32,000 bases of DNA from Arthrobacter phage Prairie. The stretch lies in sequence record MW601223.1. One strand, given 5' to 3'. The notes under the pieces were generated by a model. The model saw nothing but the letters and a program-made list of their open reading frames with translations, had not been told where the DNA came from and did no database searches. The translations under genes were made by a program, and so were the position numbers. Shown piece by piece: positions 16,855 to 25,082 of this stretch (positions are counted from its first letter, which is position 1; every line of letters begins with the position of its first letter).

Positions 16855-17063
16855 CAACACAAGACCCGACAACAGGAAAGGGCCCGGGAGCGACTGTCCC
16901 GGGCCCTGTCCCGTCCTCCCGGCATATCGGACAGGTCTCCGGCCCTCCGACGGTCTCCGAGGCCCGGAGAATCGCCTACAGCGGCTCGGGCTATCTGTGG
17001 ATCGCCGGGGGATGGATCCTCGCCCTCGTCCTCGCCCTCGCGATCCTTGGGGGGATCCTGTGA
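16851..17063 (+). CDS. small membrane protein (70 aa)
   Basis: GTG start; C-terminal TM segment YLWIAGGWILALVLALAILGGIL. Confidence 0.6.
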   Translation: MTTQDPTTGKGPGATVPGPVPSSRHIGQVSGPPTVSEARRIAYSGSGYLWIAGGWILALVLALAILGGIL

Positions 17064-17191
17064 AGCCGATCCTGTCCCCTTGCCACTCCGCCCCGATCTG
17101 GATCTCGGTCGACGGCCGGGGCGACGTCACGGTCTATTGCTCGGTCAAGGGTTGCGTCGAGACGTGGGACAAGAACGGGGCCCCGGAGTGA
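17060..17191 (+). CDS. hypothetical small Cys-containing protein (43 aa)
   Basis: GTGA overlap; KPILSPCHSAPIWISVDGRGDVTVYCSVKGCVETWDKNGAPE. Confidence 0.55.
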   Translation: MKPILSPCHSAPIWISVDGRGDVTVYCSVKGCVETWDKNGAPE

Positions 17192-17661
17192 GCCCGCGGG
17201 CCGCTGTCGCCCCTGTCGTCCGCTCGGAGGATCCGTCGGGGGAGGAGTTCGCCTCGATGCTCGCGGAGCTACAGCGGGCCCGGGCGGAGCTCCCCCTCGT
17301 GGACTATTTCTGCATCCACCCCTCGGACTGGGACAAGACGCGGCTGTCGCTCAACGACCGGCTCCATTTCCGGGCCAACGCCGAGCGGACCAAGTTCTGG
17401 CGGGAGCTGTCCGGGATTATGGGCCGCCGGGTCCGGGCCCGGCTGTCCCGGGGGAGGGTCGAGGTGGTCTATCGGTTCCCGAACAATCAGCGGCGGGAGG
17501 TCTCCAACCTACAGTCGACGTCCAAGGCGATCGTCGACGGGCTGGTCGACGCCGGGATCTATCCGGACGACGACGATAAGCACCTGATCGGGCCGGAGAA
17601 TCTCCGGGATCCGGTCAACGGGCCCAACCGCGTCACGGTCCTCCTGTATGGCGTCCCCTAG
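17188..17661 (+). CDS. RusA-like Holliday junction resolvase
   Basis: RRVRARLSRGRVEVVYRFPNNQRREVSNLQSTSKAIVDGLVDAGIYPDDDDKHLIGP...; RusA-type N/D-rich core and acidic DDDD cluster. Confidence 0.65.
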   Translation: MSPRAAVAPVVRSEDPSGEEFASMLAELQRARAELPLVDYFCIHPSDWDKTRLSLNDRLHFRANAERTKFWRELSGIMGRRVRARLSRGRVEVVYRFPNNQRREVSNLQSTSKAIVDGLVDAGIYPDDDDKHLIGPENLRDPVNGPNRVTVLLYGVP

Positions 17662-17662
17662 T

Positions 17663-17691
17663 TTGTAAATTGTGTCCGGGCCAGCTAGAGT
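17663..17691 (+). promoter_or_regulatory. putative promoter, second copy of shared motif
   Basis: TTGTAA (17663-17668) - 17 bp - TAGAGT (17686-17691), same TTTGTAAATT box as 10718 and the reverse strand at 30704. Confidence 0.65.
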
Positions 17692-17711
17692 CGTCCTAGC
17701 GGCCCGGACAC
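17672..17711 (+). repeat. CTAG-centred bulged inverted repeat
   Basis: GTGTCCGGGCC-A-GCTAG-AGTCGTC-CTAGC-GGCCCGGACAC. Confidence 0.7.
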
Positions 17712-17739
17712 GCCGGGACGCGAGACCAAGGAGCAAACA

Positions 17740-19062
17740 ATGAACTTCCGCCGCCTCACTACCGCCTCCGGCCTCCTCTACATCGGCACCGAGACCGACG
17801 GCGTCAACTTTGAGATCGCCAAGACCAAGACCGGCTACGAGCTCACCGCCGGAGGCGAGGTCGCCGGGACCTTTGGCCGCCTGATGGACGCCAAGGCCGA
17901 GGCCTCCCGGATCGAGCGGGAGATCCTCGACGCGATGGTCGCCCGCCGCAAGGAGCGGATCGAGGCCTCCGGGATCGTCCCCGGCGCCCTCGTCGAGGTC
18001 AAGGGCCGCAAGCCCTCCCTCGGCCCCGTCCGCGTCAAGCACGTCACCGCCTCCGCGTTCGTCGAGCTCGAGCGTCCCGACGGCGGGACCTTCCGCCGCG
18101 AGGCCTCCGACCTCACCCTCGTCGAGCCCTCCTCCGACCCCGCCGAGCGCCACGCCGCCGAGATCGCCGCCGACGCCGAGCGGGCCGAGGTTACGGCCGA
18201 GGCCCTCGCTACCCTCGACGCCGATATCGACGCCCACAACGCCCGGGCCGCCGAGTACACCAAGGCCGGGTCGATCGTCGCCGGGGAGGAGCGGATCCAG
18301 ACCGCCGCCGGGGTCTCGGTCGGGGACCGCGCCGAGATCTCCGGGGACGACAGCGTATGGACCGTCAACCAGATCATCGAGGTCGACGGCGACTACCTCT
18401 ACCGCCTCCGGGACGAGTCCCGCCCGGCCGGGTTCCGCTCGACGTGGCGCCTCGGCGAGGAGCTCACCCTCCTGTCCGACGACGAGGCCGACGCCGAGAC
18501 CGAGATCGCGGCCGAGTTCTCCGAGGAGGAGATCCTGTCCGAGCGTCACGACTCCGCTGTCCGCTTCAAGCCCGAGCAGTGGCCGACCTCCCCCGCCGTC
18601 GTCCCCAACGAGGAGGAGGGCCGGACGCTCCGGGAGGTCGAGGCCAAGATCGCCGAGGCCCGCCGACAGGCCGAGGCCCTCAAGCCCGGGGACACGGTCG
18701 CCTACGTCGGATCCCGGGGGATGGAGGGCTGGACCGTGATCGGCCGCCGCGATCAGGGCGGGTTCGTCTCCCTCCACCTCCGCGAGCTGTCCGGGACGAC
18801 GAGCTGGATGGGCGCCGGGGAGCTCGCGTCCGCCCTCGTCGGGGGCCGGGCCCTCCTGATCCCGACGGTCCCGGCCCCGGCCGCGGAGCTCCCCCTCGAC
18901 GAGGCCGGGATCCTCCGCCACGTCGCCGGGGTCCTCGATACGTGGGCCGAGGAGTACGACGAGACGATCGGGACCTCGACCGAGATCCGCCACGGCCAGC
19001 CTGTGCTCTCGATCGAGTACGCAGGCGGGTCCTACGAGCTCTACGCGACCCGCGTCGGCTAG
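17740..19062 (+). CDS. hypothetical protein (440 aa), several apparent small beta-barrel-like segments
   Basis: ATG with GACCAAGGAG leader; strong codon bias; segments such as GALVEVKGRKPSLGPVRVKHV and GDTVAYVGSRGMEGWTVIGRRDQGG. Confidence 0.75.
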   Translation: MNFRRLTTASGLLYIGTETDGVNFEIAKTKTGYELTAGGEVAGTFGRLMDAKAEASRIEREILDAMVARRKERIEASGIVPGALVEVKGRKPSLGPVRVKHVTASAFVELERPDGGTFRREASDLTLVEPSSDPAERHAAEIAADAERAEVTAEALATLDADIDAHNARAAEYTKAGSIVAGEERIQTAAGVSVGDRAEISGDDSVWTVNQIIEVDGDYLYRLRDESRPAGFRSTWRLGEELTLLSDDEADAETEIAAEFSEEEILSERHDSAVRFKPEQWPTSPAVVPNEEEGRTLREVEAKIAEARRQAEALKPGDTVAYVGSRGMEGWTVIGRRDQGGFVSLHLRELSGTTSWMGAGELASALVGGRALLIPTVPAPAAELPLDEAGILRHVAGVLDTWAEEYDETIGTSTEIRHGQPVLSIEYAGGSYELYATRVG

Positions 19063-19147
19063 ACTCGACTAGCGGGTCTCCCCCACAGCCGCGGCGCCGG
19101 GGGAGGCCCGCCACACGACCGACCAAGACCTAGACCAAGGACAGACA

Positions 19148-19639
19148 GTGCCACTCAATTTCGCCCCGATCCGGATCCCCGGACAGACTCTCCTCTCCCT
19201 GACAGCGACCTCGACCGAGACCGGGATCCGCTACCTCGTCCGGCCCGAGTTCACCCCGGACGTCTACAAGCTCCACATCACCGACGTCGACGAGGAGGGC
19301 GACGGGATCCCGCTGACGTTCTCCTCGGAGGGGGAGGCTGTCGACTACGCGGACCGCTTCGACTTCAACCAAGGGCTCGCGGACCGCTGGCACCTCCCGA
19401 CGATCCTCGAGACCGAGGAGTCCGGGGGCCGGGAGACCCGGACGCCCTACGAGACCCGCGAGGAGGCCGCTGTCGCCGCCGGACAGGTCCTCCTCGCCTC
19501 CTACCGGGGCTGGATGGTCGAGACGCGGGCTAAGTGGTGGAGCCGCCGGGCTGTCCGCCTCCTCCGCCAGTACGGCCGCGTCGAGACCCCCGACGTCGTC
19601 GTGACCCTGTCCGACCCCCAGCTCGAGGAGGGACAGTGA
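19148..19639 (+). CDS. hypothetical protein (163 aa)
   Basis: GTG with GACCAAGGACAGACA leader; codon bias. Confidence 0.7.
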   Translation: MPLNFAPIRIPGQTLLSLTATSTETGIRYLVRPEFTPDVYKLHITDVDEEGDGIPLTFSSEGEAVDYADRFDFNQGLADRWHLPTILETEESGGRETRTPYETREEAAVAAGQVLLASYRGWMVETRAKWWSRRAVRLLRQYGRVETPDVVVTLSDPQLEEGQ

Positions 19640-20037
19640 ACTGCAAGAAGGCCGACCGGGAGGCGATCCGGGACCTCCTCGCGACCGGGCTGTCCGCTGT
19701 CGAGGTCGGGAGGCGCCTAGGGGTCTCCCCGCGGACGGTCCTCCGGGCCAAGGCCGAGCTCGGGCTCCCGCGCCGGGAGTATGTCCGGATCGGCGGGATC
19801 ACCGAGGAGGATCACGCCCGGATCCGGGAGTGCCTCGACGCGGGCTGGTCCTTCAACGAGCTCACGAGGACGTATGGGTACACGCACGCGACCCTCGTGC
19901 GCTACTACCCGGGCCGAGGGTTCACCCCGCAGGAGGCGTCCGCCCTCGGCCTCGCGACCCGGGCGGCCAACCGCGCCCTCCGGGAGGCGACGGCCCGCTA
20001 TCGTCAAGCCAACAACCGAGAGAGGATCTCCGCGTGA
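19636..20037 (+). CDS. DNA-binding protein with two HTH-like segments (133 aa)
   Basis: REAIRDLLATGLSAVEVGRRLGVSPRTVLRAKAELGL and HARIRECLDAGWSFNELTRTYGYTHATLVRYYP. Confidence 0.75.
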   Translation: MNCKKADREAIRDLLATGLSAVEVGRRLGVSPRTVLRAKAELGLPRREYVRIGGITEEDHARIRECLDAGWSFNELTRTYGYTHATLVRYYPGRGFTPQEASALGLATRAANRALREATARYRQANNRERISA

Positions 20038-20348
20038 CGACGTTCACCGTCCAATTCGATCAGGCGTCCCTCGACGCCGCGATCCCGCCGCTGAGCCTGA
20101 TAACGGCGCCGTCGACAGCGGTCCTCGCCTCGCACGTCGCCGCCTACCTCAAGCCCAAGGACCGGCGGAACTTCACGATCGAGTACACCGGGGGACAGGC
20201 CGGAGCTGTCGTCCTCGGAGGCCGCCTCAAGGCGGACAAGATCCGCCGCCTCGTCTTTGAGGTTGAGTTCACCGCCCCTGTCCGCCGCCCGGAGCCCGCG
20301 CCCCGGACCTATCCCGATATCGTCCCCCCGAAATGGAGCAAAGAATGA
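20034..20348 (+). CDS. hypothetical protein (104 aa)
   Basis: GTGA overlap; VQFDQASLDAAIPPLSL... Confidence 0.6.
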   Translation: MTTFTVQFDQASLDAAIPPLSLITAPSTAVLASHVAAYLKPKDRRNFTIEYTGGQAGAVVLGGRLKADKIRRLVFEVEFTAPVRRPEPAPRTYPDIVPPKWSKE

Positions 20349-20542
20349 ACCCCGCCCCCGACCGTCCCCGCCTGTCGATCAACTGGAACGGCGGATATCG
20401 AGGAGGCCGCCGGATCGTCAACAACGTCCTGTTCGGCGCGTCCTACACCTACTACCCGGGCTACCCGTCCCGGACGCTCCGGGCCTATCTCGGGCTGTGG
20501 ACAGCGACCCTCGAGATCCCCGTCGGAGGCCCCGATGCTTGA
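20345..20542 (+). CDS. hypothetical protein (65 aa)
   Basis: ATGA overlap; MNPAPDRPRLSINWNGGYRGGRRIVNNVLFGASYTYYPG. Confidence 0.6.
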   Translation: MNPAPDRPRLSINWNGGYRGGRRIVNNVLFGASYTYYPGYPSRTLRAYLGLWTATLEIPVGGPDA

Positions 20543-20801
20543 GATCCTCGCCGATATGGCTCCCACCGCGGCCGGGGCCCTCCTCGGGGTCCTCCTCGGG
20601 GAGGCTGTCCTCCTCGGCCTCCGCCGCTATAAGATGCACCGGGCGATCCGACGTTGGTCGACCCTCCTCGAGCGATACAAGCTCGACGGCAAGACCGGGA
20701 CGTTCCGGATCCCGGAGGAGCGTCCTCACGGCCGGAGGAAGGCCTCCGGAGGGAGGCTCCCCGAGTCGCCCGAGGGCGGCCCTTGGGGGAGGGTCTCGTG
20801 A
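20535..20801 (+). CDS. small membrane-anchored protein (88 aa)
   Basis: N-terminal hydrophobic segment MAPTAAGALLGVLLGEAVLLGL. Confidence 0.6.
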   Translation: MLEILADMAPTAAGALLGVLLGEAVLLGLRRYKMHRAIRRWSTLLERYKLDGKTGTFRIPEERPHGRRKASGGRLPESPEGGPWGRVS

Positions 20802-21121
20802 CCCGGCGGCTCCGGGAGGGGGAGATCGGCGACGCCGCTCCCCCGGGGACAGCGGGCCTCTGCAACTACTCGCCCTACGCGGACGGGACCGGCATGTGCG
20901 GGGCTCCCGCGAAGTGGCATATGTGGCCGGGGACCCCGCCGGACGAGCGGGCCGACTTCACGGCCTACTCGTGCGGGGGCCACACGCTCCCGCCCTCGGT
21001 CCTGTTCGACTGGCACCGGACAGACACCGGGGCGTGCGCGATCCCCGGGGCCATGTGGCAGACAGGGGACCGACAGGGCGAGGGCCGATGCGTCCACGAG
21101 ATCGGGGCCGACCTTGCCTGA
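20798..21121 (+). CDS. hypothetical Cys/His-containing protein (107 aa)
   Basis: GTG overlap; GLCNYSPYADGTGMCGAPAKWHMWPG...YSCGGH. Confidence 0.65.
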   Translation: MTRRLREGEIGDAAPPGTAGLCNYSPYADGTGMCGAPAKWHMWPGTPPDERADFTAYSCGGHTLPPSVLFDWHRTDTGACAIPGAMWQTGDRQGEGRCVHEIGADLA

Positions 21122-21266
21122 TCCGCACCGCCTGTCCGATATCGAGTTCCTCCTCGAGCTCGACGTGACGATCGAGGACATAGCACGCCGCGCCGGGCGG
21201 ACCCCGGAAGTAATCACCGCCGAGCTCCGGGAGATCCGGGCCGAACGAGAGAGAGACAACCAATGA
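21114..21266 (+). CDS. small HTH-like protein (50 aa), not in supplied ORF track in this frame
   Basis: TTG start candidate; LPDPHRLSDIEFLLELDVTIEDIARRAGRTPEVITAELREIRAERERDNQ*; fills gap and overlaps both neighbours. Confidence 0.5.
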   Translation: MPDPHRLSDIEFLLELDVTIEDIARRAGRTPEVITAELREIRAERERDNQ

Positions 21267-21757
21267 CACGCACCGCCCCTGAATACGTCGCGGCCCTCGC
21301 CCCCGCGGGCCTTTTCGGCGAGCGGGACGCCGAGGTCCACAAGACGCTCCGCGAGCTCCACCGCTCCCTCGCCCCGGACCTGCAAGACAGGATCGCCGTC
21401 GAGTCCTACTACGACCCGGCCGCGGACGGCTGGCGCCTCGTGATGCACCGGATCCCCTACGTCCCCCCGGCCCCGGCGACCCCGGAGGAGGAGGACGCCC
21501 GGCGGGCCGCTGTCCTCGAGGAGGCCCTCGCCGATCCCAAGGGCCTCGCCCTCGCCAAGGCGATCATCGAGCGCAAGGAGCTTCACGAGGCCCTCGCCGA
21601 CTTCAAGCCCGGCGGGACCTCCGCCGACGACGAGCCCGACGAGTTCTGCAACTGCGTCGGGGACGCTTGCGGCGGACACGATCACCGCTGTCCCCTCCGC
21701 CGCGAGCTCCCGGCCCCGGCGGTCGGCGAGATCCCGCTCGCGGAGCGCTACCTGTGA
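21263..21757 (+). CDS. hypothetical protein with C-terminal Cys/His cluster (164 aa)
   Basis: ATG, 4-bp overlap; CNCVGDACGGHDHRCPLRRE. Confidence 0.7.
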   Translation: MTRTAPEYVAALAPAGLFGERDAEVHKTLRELHRSLAPDLQDRIAVESYYDPAADGWRLVMHRIPYVPPAPATPEEEDARRAAVLEEALADPKGLALAKAIIERKELHEALADFKPGGTSADDEPDEFCNCVGDACGGHDHRCPLRRELPAPAVGEIPLAERYL

Positions 21758-22161
21758 CCGCCCCCAAGTACGCCGCGGCCGACGTCTCGGGCAAGGGACA
21801 CCTCCTCCGCCTCCGGGACCTCGGGGACTACGAGGCGATCGCCTACGGGCCGATCAACGAGATCCGCCGGGTCTGCGAGGAGCTCAACGAGGCCGACGAG
21901 CGGGGCCGGGACGTAGAGCCGCCCTCCGAGGGGGAGTCCCGGGAGGTCCAGCTCGACGCGATGGTGATCCATCAGGAGCAGGAGCGTCACCCCGAGCTAC
22001 ACGCGGACCGCCGCCCGGACAGCTACGGCCGGACGGCCCCGCCGGAGGAGGACAGGGCCGCGGCCTACGACGCCCACATGCGCGGACAGCTCGCCCGGAC
22101 CCACGTCGCCTCGCGGCTCGGCTTCGCCCTCCCGGGCGACGGGACGGTCCCGCTGAGGTAG
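21754..22161 (+). CDS. hypothetical protein (135 aa)
   Basis: GTGA overlap; codon bias. Confidence 0.65.
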   Translation: MTAPKYAAADVSGKGHLLRLRDLGDYEAIAYGPINEIRRVCEELNEADERGRDVEPPSEGESREVQLDAMVIHQEQERHPELHADRRPDSYGRTAPPEEDRAAAYDAHMRGQLARTHVASRLGFALPGDGTVPLR

Positions 22162-22190
22162 ACTCTCCCCTAGGTGCGGAACCACCACGA

Positions 22191-22224
22191 GAGGCCCCGA
22201 TCTTCCCCATAGGATCGGGGCCTC
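22191..22224 (+). terminator. hairpin upstream of modification block, putative terminator
   Basis: GAGGCCCCGATC-TTCCCCATAG-GATCGGGGCCTC, 12 bp perfect. Confidence 0.6.
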
Positions 22225-22300
22225 TGCTATGTCTCGGGCGTCCTGTCCATCGGGACTGGTATCGTGAGCATCACGCACCTCAACCGACCCGGGAGATTAC

Positions 22301-22912
22301 TTGTACCGCTTGTGCCCCTCGTGTATCGCCCGCCGGGCCCGGCTCGTCGCCGACGACTGTCCGGTCTGCGAGGGGGCGGGCGTCCTCCGCCTCGGCCCCG
22401 CGGCCCTCAAGATCCACGACCCGGACGTCGTCTCCCGGGCCTCCGCGATCGTCCTCGAGGCTGTCGCCCGCCGGGCCGAGGAGATCGCCGAGACCCCGGC
22501 CGACGCTGTCCCCGCTGTCCGGGCCGCTGTAGGGCTCCTCGTCGAGTCCGGGCTCCTCGCCGGACCGGAGGGCTCACTCCTCCCCCGCGTCCCGGGAAAC
22601 GGGCCTACAGCCTCTCCGGCGACTCTGGCCGCCGCGGCCTCCCCCGTCCCGGTCCTCCCGGTCGACTGGATCCTCACCGAGGCCCCCGCCTATCACTACC
22701 TCCCCGGCGACCGGCCCAACGCCCGGGGCCTGCCTGTCCTGTCCGACGACGGGCACCCCTCGCACCTCGCCCGCGTCACCGACCCCGCCGAGCCCGGCGC
22801 CTCGACAGCGGAGGCCGCCCGCCACCGCAAGGCCCGGGCCCGACACGCCGCGACCCTCGCGACCGCCGTCCCCCACATCATCGAGATCAAACGAGCAAAG
22901 GAAAACGCATGA
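22301..22912 (+). CDS. hypothetical protein with N-terminal zinc ribbon (203 aa)
   Basis: TTG start; YRLCPSCIARRARLVADDCPVCEGAG; ATGA-type overlap with next gene. Confidence 0.7.
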   Translation: MYRLCPSCIARRARLVADDCPVCEGAGVLRLGPAALKIHDPDVVSRASAIVLEAVARRAEEIAETPADAVPAVRAAVGLLVESGLLAGPEGSLLPRVPGNGPTASPATLAAAASPVPVLPVDWILTEAPAYHYLPGDRPNARGLPVLSDDGHPSHLARVTDPAEPGASTAEAARHRKARARHAATLATAVPHIIEIKRAKENA

Positions 22913-23694
22913 CCGCCGAGCCCGCCCTCCGCCTCCGCGGGACAACCGAGCGCCGGGAGATATCCGGCCTCACCCTGTTCCCCGGCAACGCCCGCAAGGG
23001 CGATATCCCCAAGATCCGCAAGAGCCTCCGGGAGTTCGGCCAGATCCAGACCGTCGTCGTCCAAAAGTCGACCGACTACGTCCTCGGCGGCAACCACACT
23101 GTGCAGGCCGCGGAGCTCGAGGGCTGGACCGAGATCGACGCCTACGTCGTGGACGTCGACGACGCCGAGGCCCTCAAGATCAACGTCGCGCTGAACAAGC
23201 TCGGCGACGAGGGCACATACGACTTCGAGGCCCTGATCTCTCAGCTCGAGGAGATCGACGACCTCGTCGGGACCGGCTGGTCCCCGGAGGAGCTCGAGGA
23301 CATGATCGTGGCCTACGAGCCCGACGCGGAGATCCTCCCCCCGGCCCCGTCCGCGGCCGAGCTCGCCGCCCGCCCGGAGGCCGCTGTCGGCGTCGACGTC
23401 CGGACCGGGCCCTCCGGGGACCCGGACGAGGTCGACGACTCCTACGGGGCCCCGACCGACTCCGACCGCCGCGCCAAGTTCACCCCGGACGCGACCCGCG
23501 TCAACGCCTCGCGCCGCCTGATGGTGATGGACCTCCCGGTCGACGTGTTCCTCTGGACCTCGGAGCGGCTCGAGGAGCTGTGCGAGGAGCGGGATATCGA
23601 GACCAACACTGAGATGATCCTCGCGCTGATCGCCGAGGCGACCGGGACCGAGGCCCCGGCCCTGTCCGCGGAGGAGAACGCCGGAAATGACTGA
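22909..23694 (+). CDS. ParB-like nuclease-domain protein (261 aa)
   Basis: LTLFPGNARKGDIPKIRKSLREFGQIQTVVVQKSTDYVLGGNHTVQAAELEGWTEIDAYVVDVDDAEALKINVALNKLGDEGTYD. Confidence 0.82.
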   Translation: MTAEPALRLRGTTERREISGLTLFPGNARKGDIPKIRKSLREFGQIQTVVVQKSTDYVLGGNHTVQAAELEGWTEIDAYVVDVDDAEALKINVALNKLGDEGTYDFEALISQLEEIDDLVGTGWSPEELEDMIVAYEPDAEILPPAPSAAELAARPEAAVGVDVRTGPSGDPDEVDDSYGAPTDSDRRAKFTPDATRVNASRRLMVMDLPVDVFLWTSERLEELCEERDIETNTEMILALIAEATGTEAPALSAEENAGND

Positions 23695-23821
23695 GTGCGA
23701 TAACTGCGGGGAGCGGATCGTCCGCCTCTCGCCCCTCGGATGGTGTCACCCCGAGGACGACTACAACGTCCGATGCGTCGTTGAGGGCCCGTTCCGCGGG
23801 CTGGTCGCGACCCCGGCCTAG
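23687..23821 (+). CDS. small zinc-finger-like protein (44 aa)
   Basis: MTECDNCGERIVRLSPLGWCHPEDDYNVRCVVEGPFRGLVATPA. Confidence 0.55.
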   Translation: MTECDNCGERIVRLSPLGWCHPEDDYNVRCVVEGPFRGLVATPA

Positions 23822-23836
23822 CGACAGGACAGCTCA

Positions 23837-23983
23837 ATGACGCGCTGTAGACACTGTGGACAACCGATCGAGGACTCCTCCGAGGAGCCCGGCGCCTACA
23901 CCCACTGCGGGGGCGGGAGATCCTGCTCCCGCCCGGGCTGTAGGGCCACCCCCAACCGACCGAGAGACGAGATAGACGAATGA
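23837..23983 (+). CDS. small zinc-finger-like protein (48 aa)
   Basis: MTRCRHCGQPIEDSSEEPGAYTHCGGGRSCSRPGCRATPNRPRDEIDE. Confidence 0.6.
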   Translation: MTRCRHCGQPIEDSSEEPGAYTHCGGGRSCSRPGCRATPNRPRDEIDE

Positions 23984-24141
23984 TCCGGATAGCAACAATC
24001 ACTCCCGCCGACAGGCCTCCCCTGTTCGGCCTCAACCGCCTCGGAGGCAAGATCATCGGGGTCGCGGTCCGCCTCCCGGACGAGGAGACCCTCGACGGCC
24101 GGGTCCTGCACCACGCCCTGTCGGTCTGGATCCCGCAATGA
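23980..24141 (+). CDS. hypothetical protein (53 aa)
   Basis: ATGA overlap; MIRIATIITPADRPPLFGLNRLGGKIIGVAVRLPDEETLDGRVLHHALSVWIPQ. Confidence 0.6.
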   Translation: MIRIATITPADRPPLFGLNRLGGKIIGVAVRLPDEETLDGRVLHHALSVWIPQ

Positions 24142-25082
24142 GCGACGAGCTCGAATACTACGCCCGCCGGGTCCTGTCCCGGGACGAGGCGACCAAGCTG
24201 ATCGGGACCGACGTCGGGACCTCCTTGCCCCCGTCGTTCCCGAGCCCGCGGGACGGCCAGCTCGTCCGGGTCTACGACCTCGACACCGGGGAGCTGATCG
24301 GGATCGTCACGCGCCTCGACCGGCCCCGGCGGGCCGCGCTCCGGGCGACGGTCCTGTCGATCAAGTACGGCCAGAACGTCGCCCGACAGGGGCGGGATAT
24401 GAACGTCCGGGGCGTCGTGTTTGGCTACTCGCCCAAGAAACCGATCGCCCGGCAGGAGGGCTGTCGCCGCTCGGCTATGTCCCGGGACCGGGCCGACGTC
24501 TCGGCCGTCCTCGAGGATATCGCCGGGGCCCTCGGCCGAGAGTTCAAGAGCCTCTATCCGGAGCGGGCCGCGGCCGACGAGACGACCGTCAAGTCCAACG
24601 TCCTCGACGACTGGCGGATGCACGAGGACAGCCTGTGGACCTCGGGCGTTATCAATCAGTCGACGGTCCTCCCCTACCACCGGGACGGCAACAACTTTGA
24701 TACGTGGTCGGCGATGCCGACGATCCGCTACGGGATGGACGACGGGCGCCTCCACGTCCCCGAGTACGACCTCGTGTTCCCTTGCGGGGACGGGGACGTC
24801 ACTTGGTTCTTCGGCAAGGACCTCGTCCACGGCGTGACGCCTATGACCCCGCGCCGGGAGGACGCCTACCGATACTCGGTGGTTTTCTACTCGATTCAGG
24901 GGATGAAGAACTGTAGGACGTTCGCCGAGGAGACCCGTAACGCCGCGAGGGCCCGGACCGCCCGGGAACGGGCCGCCGCGGACGCGATTAGGGCCGAGCG
25001 GGGCCTACCCCTCGCCGGGACCGAAATAGGCCCGGAGATCGCGAAGGAAGTCCTCGACCTCGAGACAGGAGAGCTCTCATGA
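24138..25082 (+). CDS. TET/JBP-like 2-oxoglutarate/Fe(II) dioxygenase, predicted DNA base oxidase
   Basis: FGYSPKKPIARQEGCRRSAMSRDRADVSAVL N-terminal block, then VLPYHRDGNNF (HxD), DLVHGV (distal His), YRYSVVFYSIQGM (2OG-binding Arg). Confidence 0.85.
   Translation: MSDELEYYARRVLSRDEATKLIGTDVGTSLPPSFPSPRDGQLVRVYDLDTGELIGIVTRLDRPRRAALRATVLSIKYGQNVARQGRDMNVRGVVFGYSPKKPIARQEGCRRSAMSRDRADVSAVLEDIAGALGREFKSLYPERAAADETTVKSNVLDDWRMHEDSLWTSGVINQSTVLPYHRDGNNFDTWSAMPTIRYGMDDGRLHVPEYDLVFPCGDGDVTWFFGKDLVHGVTPMTPRREDAYRYSVVFYSIQGMKNCRTFAEETRNAARARTARERAAADAIRAERGLPLAGTEIGPEIAKEVLDLETGELS

Noticed and set aside
17509-18993. 494-aa minus-strand ORF
   Set aside because: Opposite the 440-aa + strand ORF which has leader, promoter and normal codon bias
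22264-23694. Single 476-aa ORF covering the zinc-ribbon and ParB-like genes
   Set aside because: The first ~215 codons are Arg/Pro-rich wrong-frame sequence; the ParB-like gene more plausibly starts at ATG 22909 overlapping the upstream stop
23442-24830. 462-aa minus-strand ORF opposite ParB-like and TET-like genes
   Set aside because: Shadow ORF; the opposite strand encodes recognisable catalytic motifs
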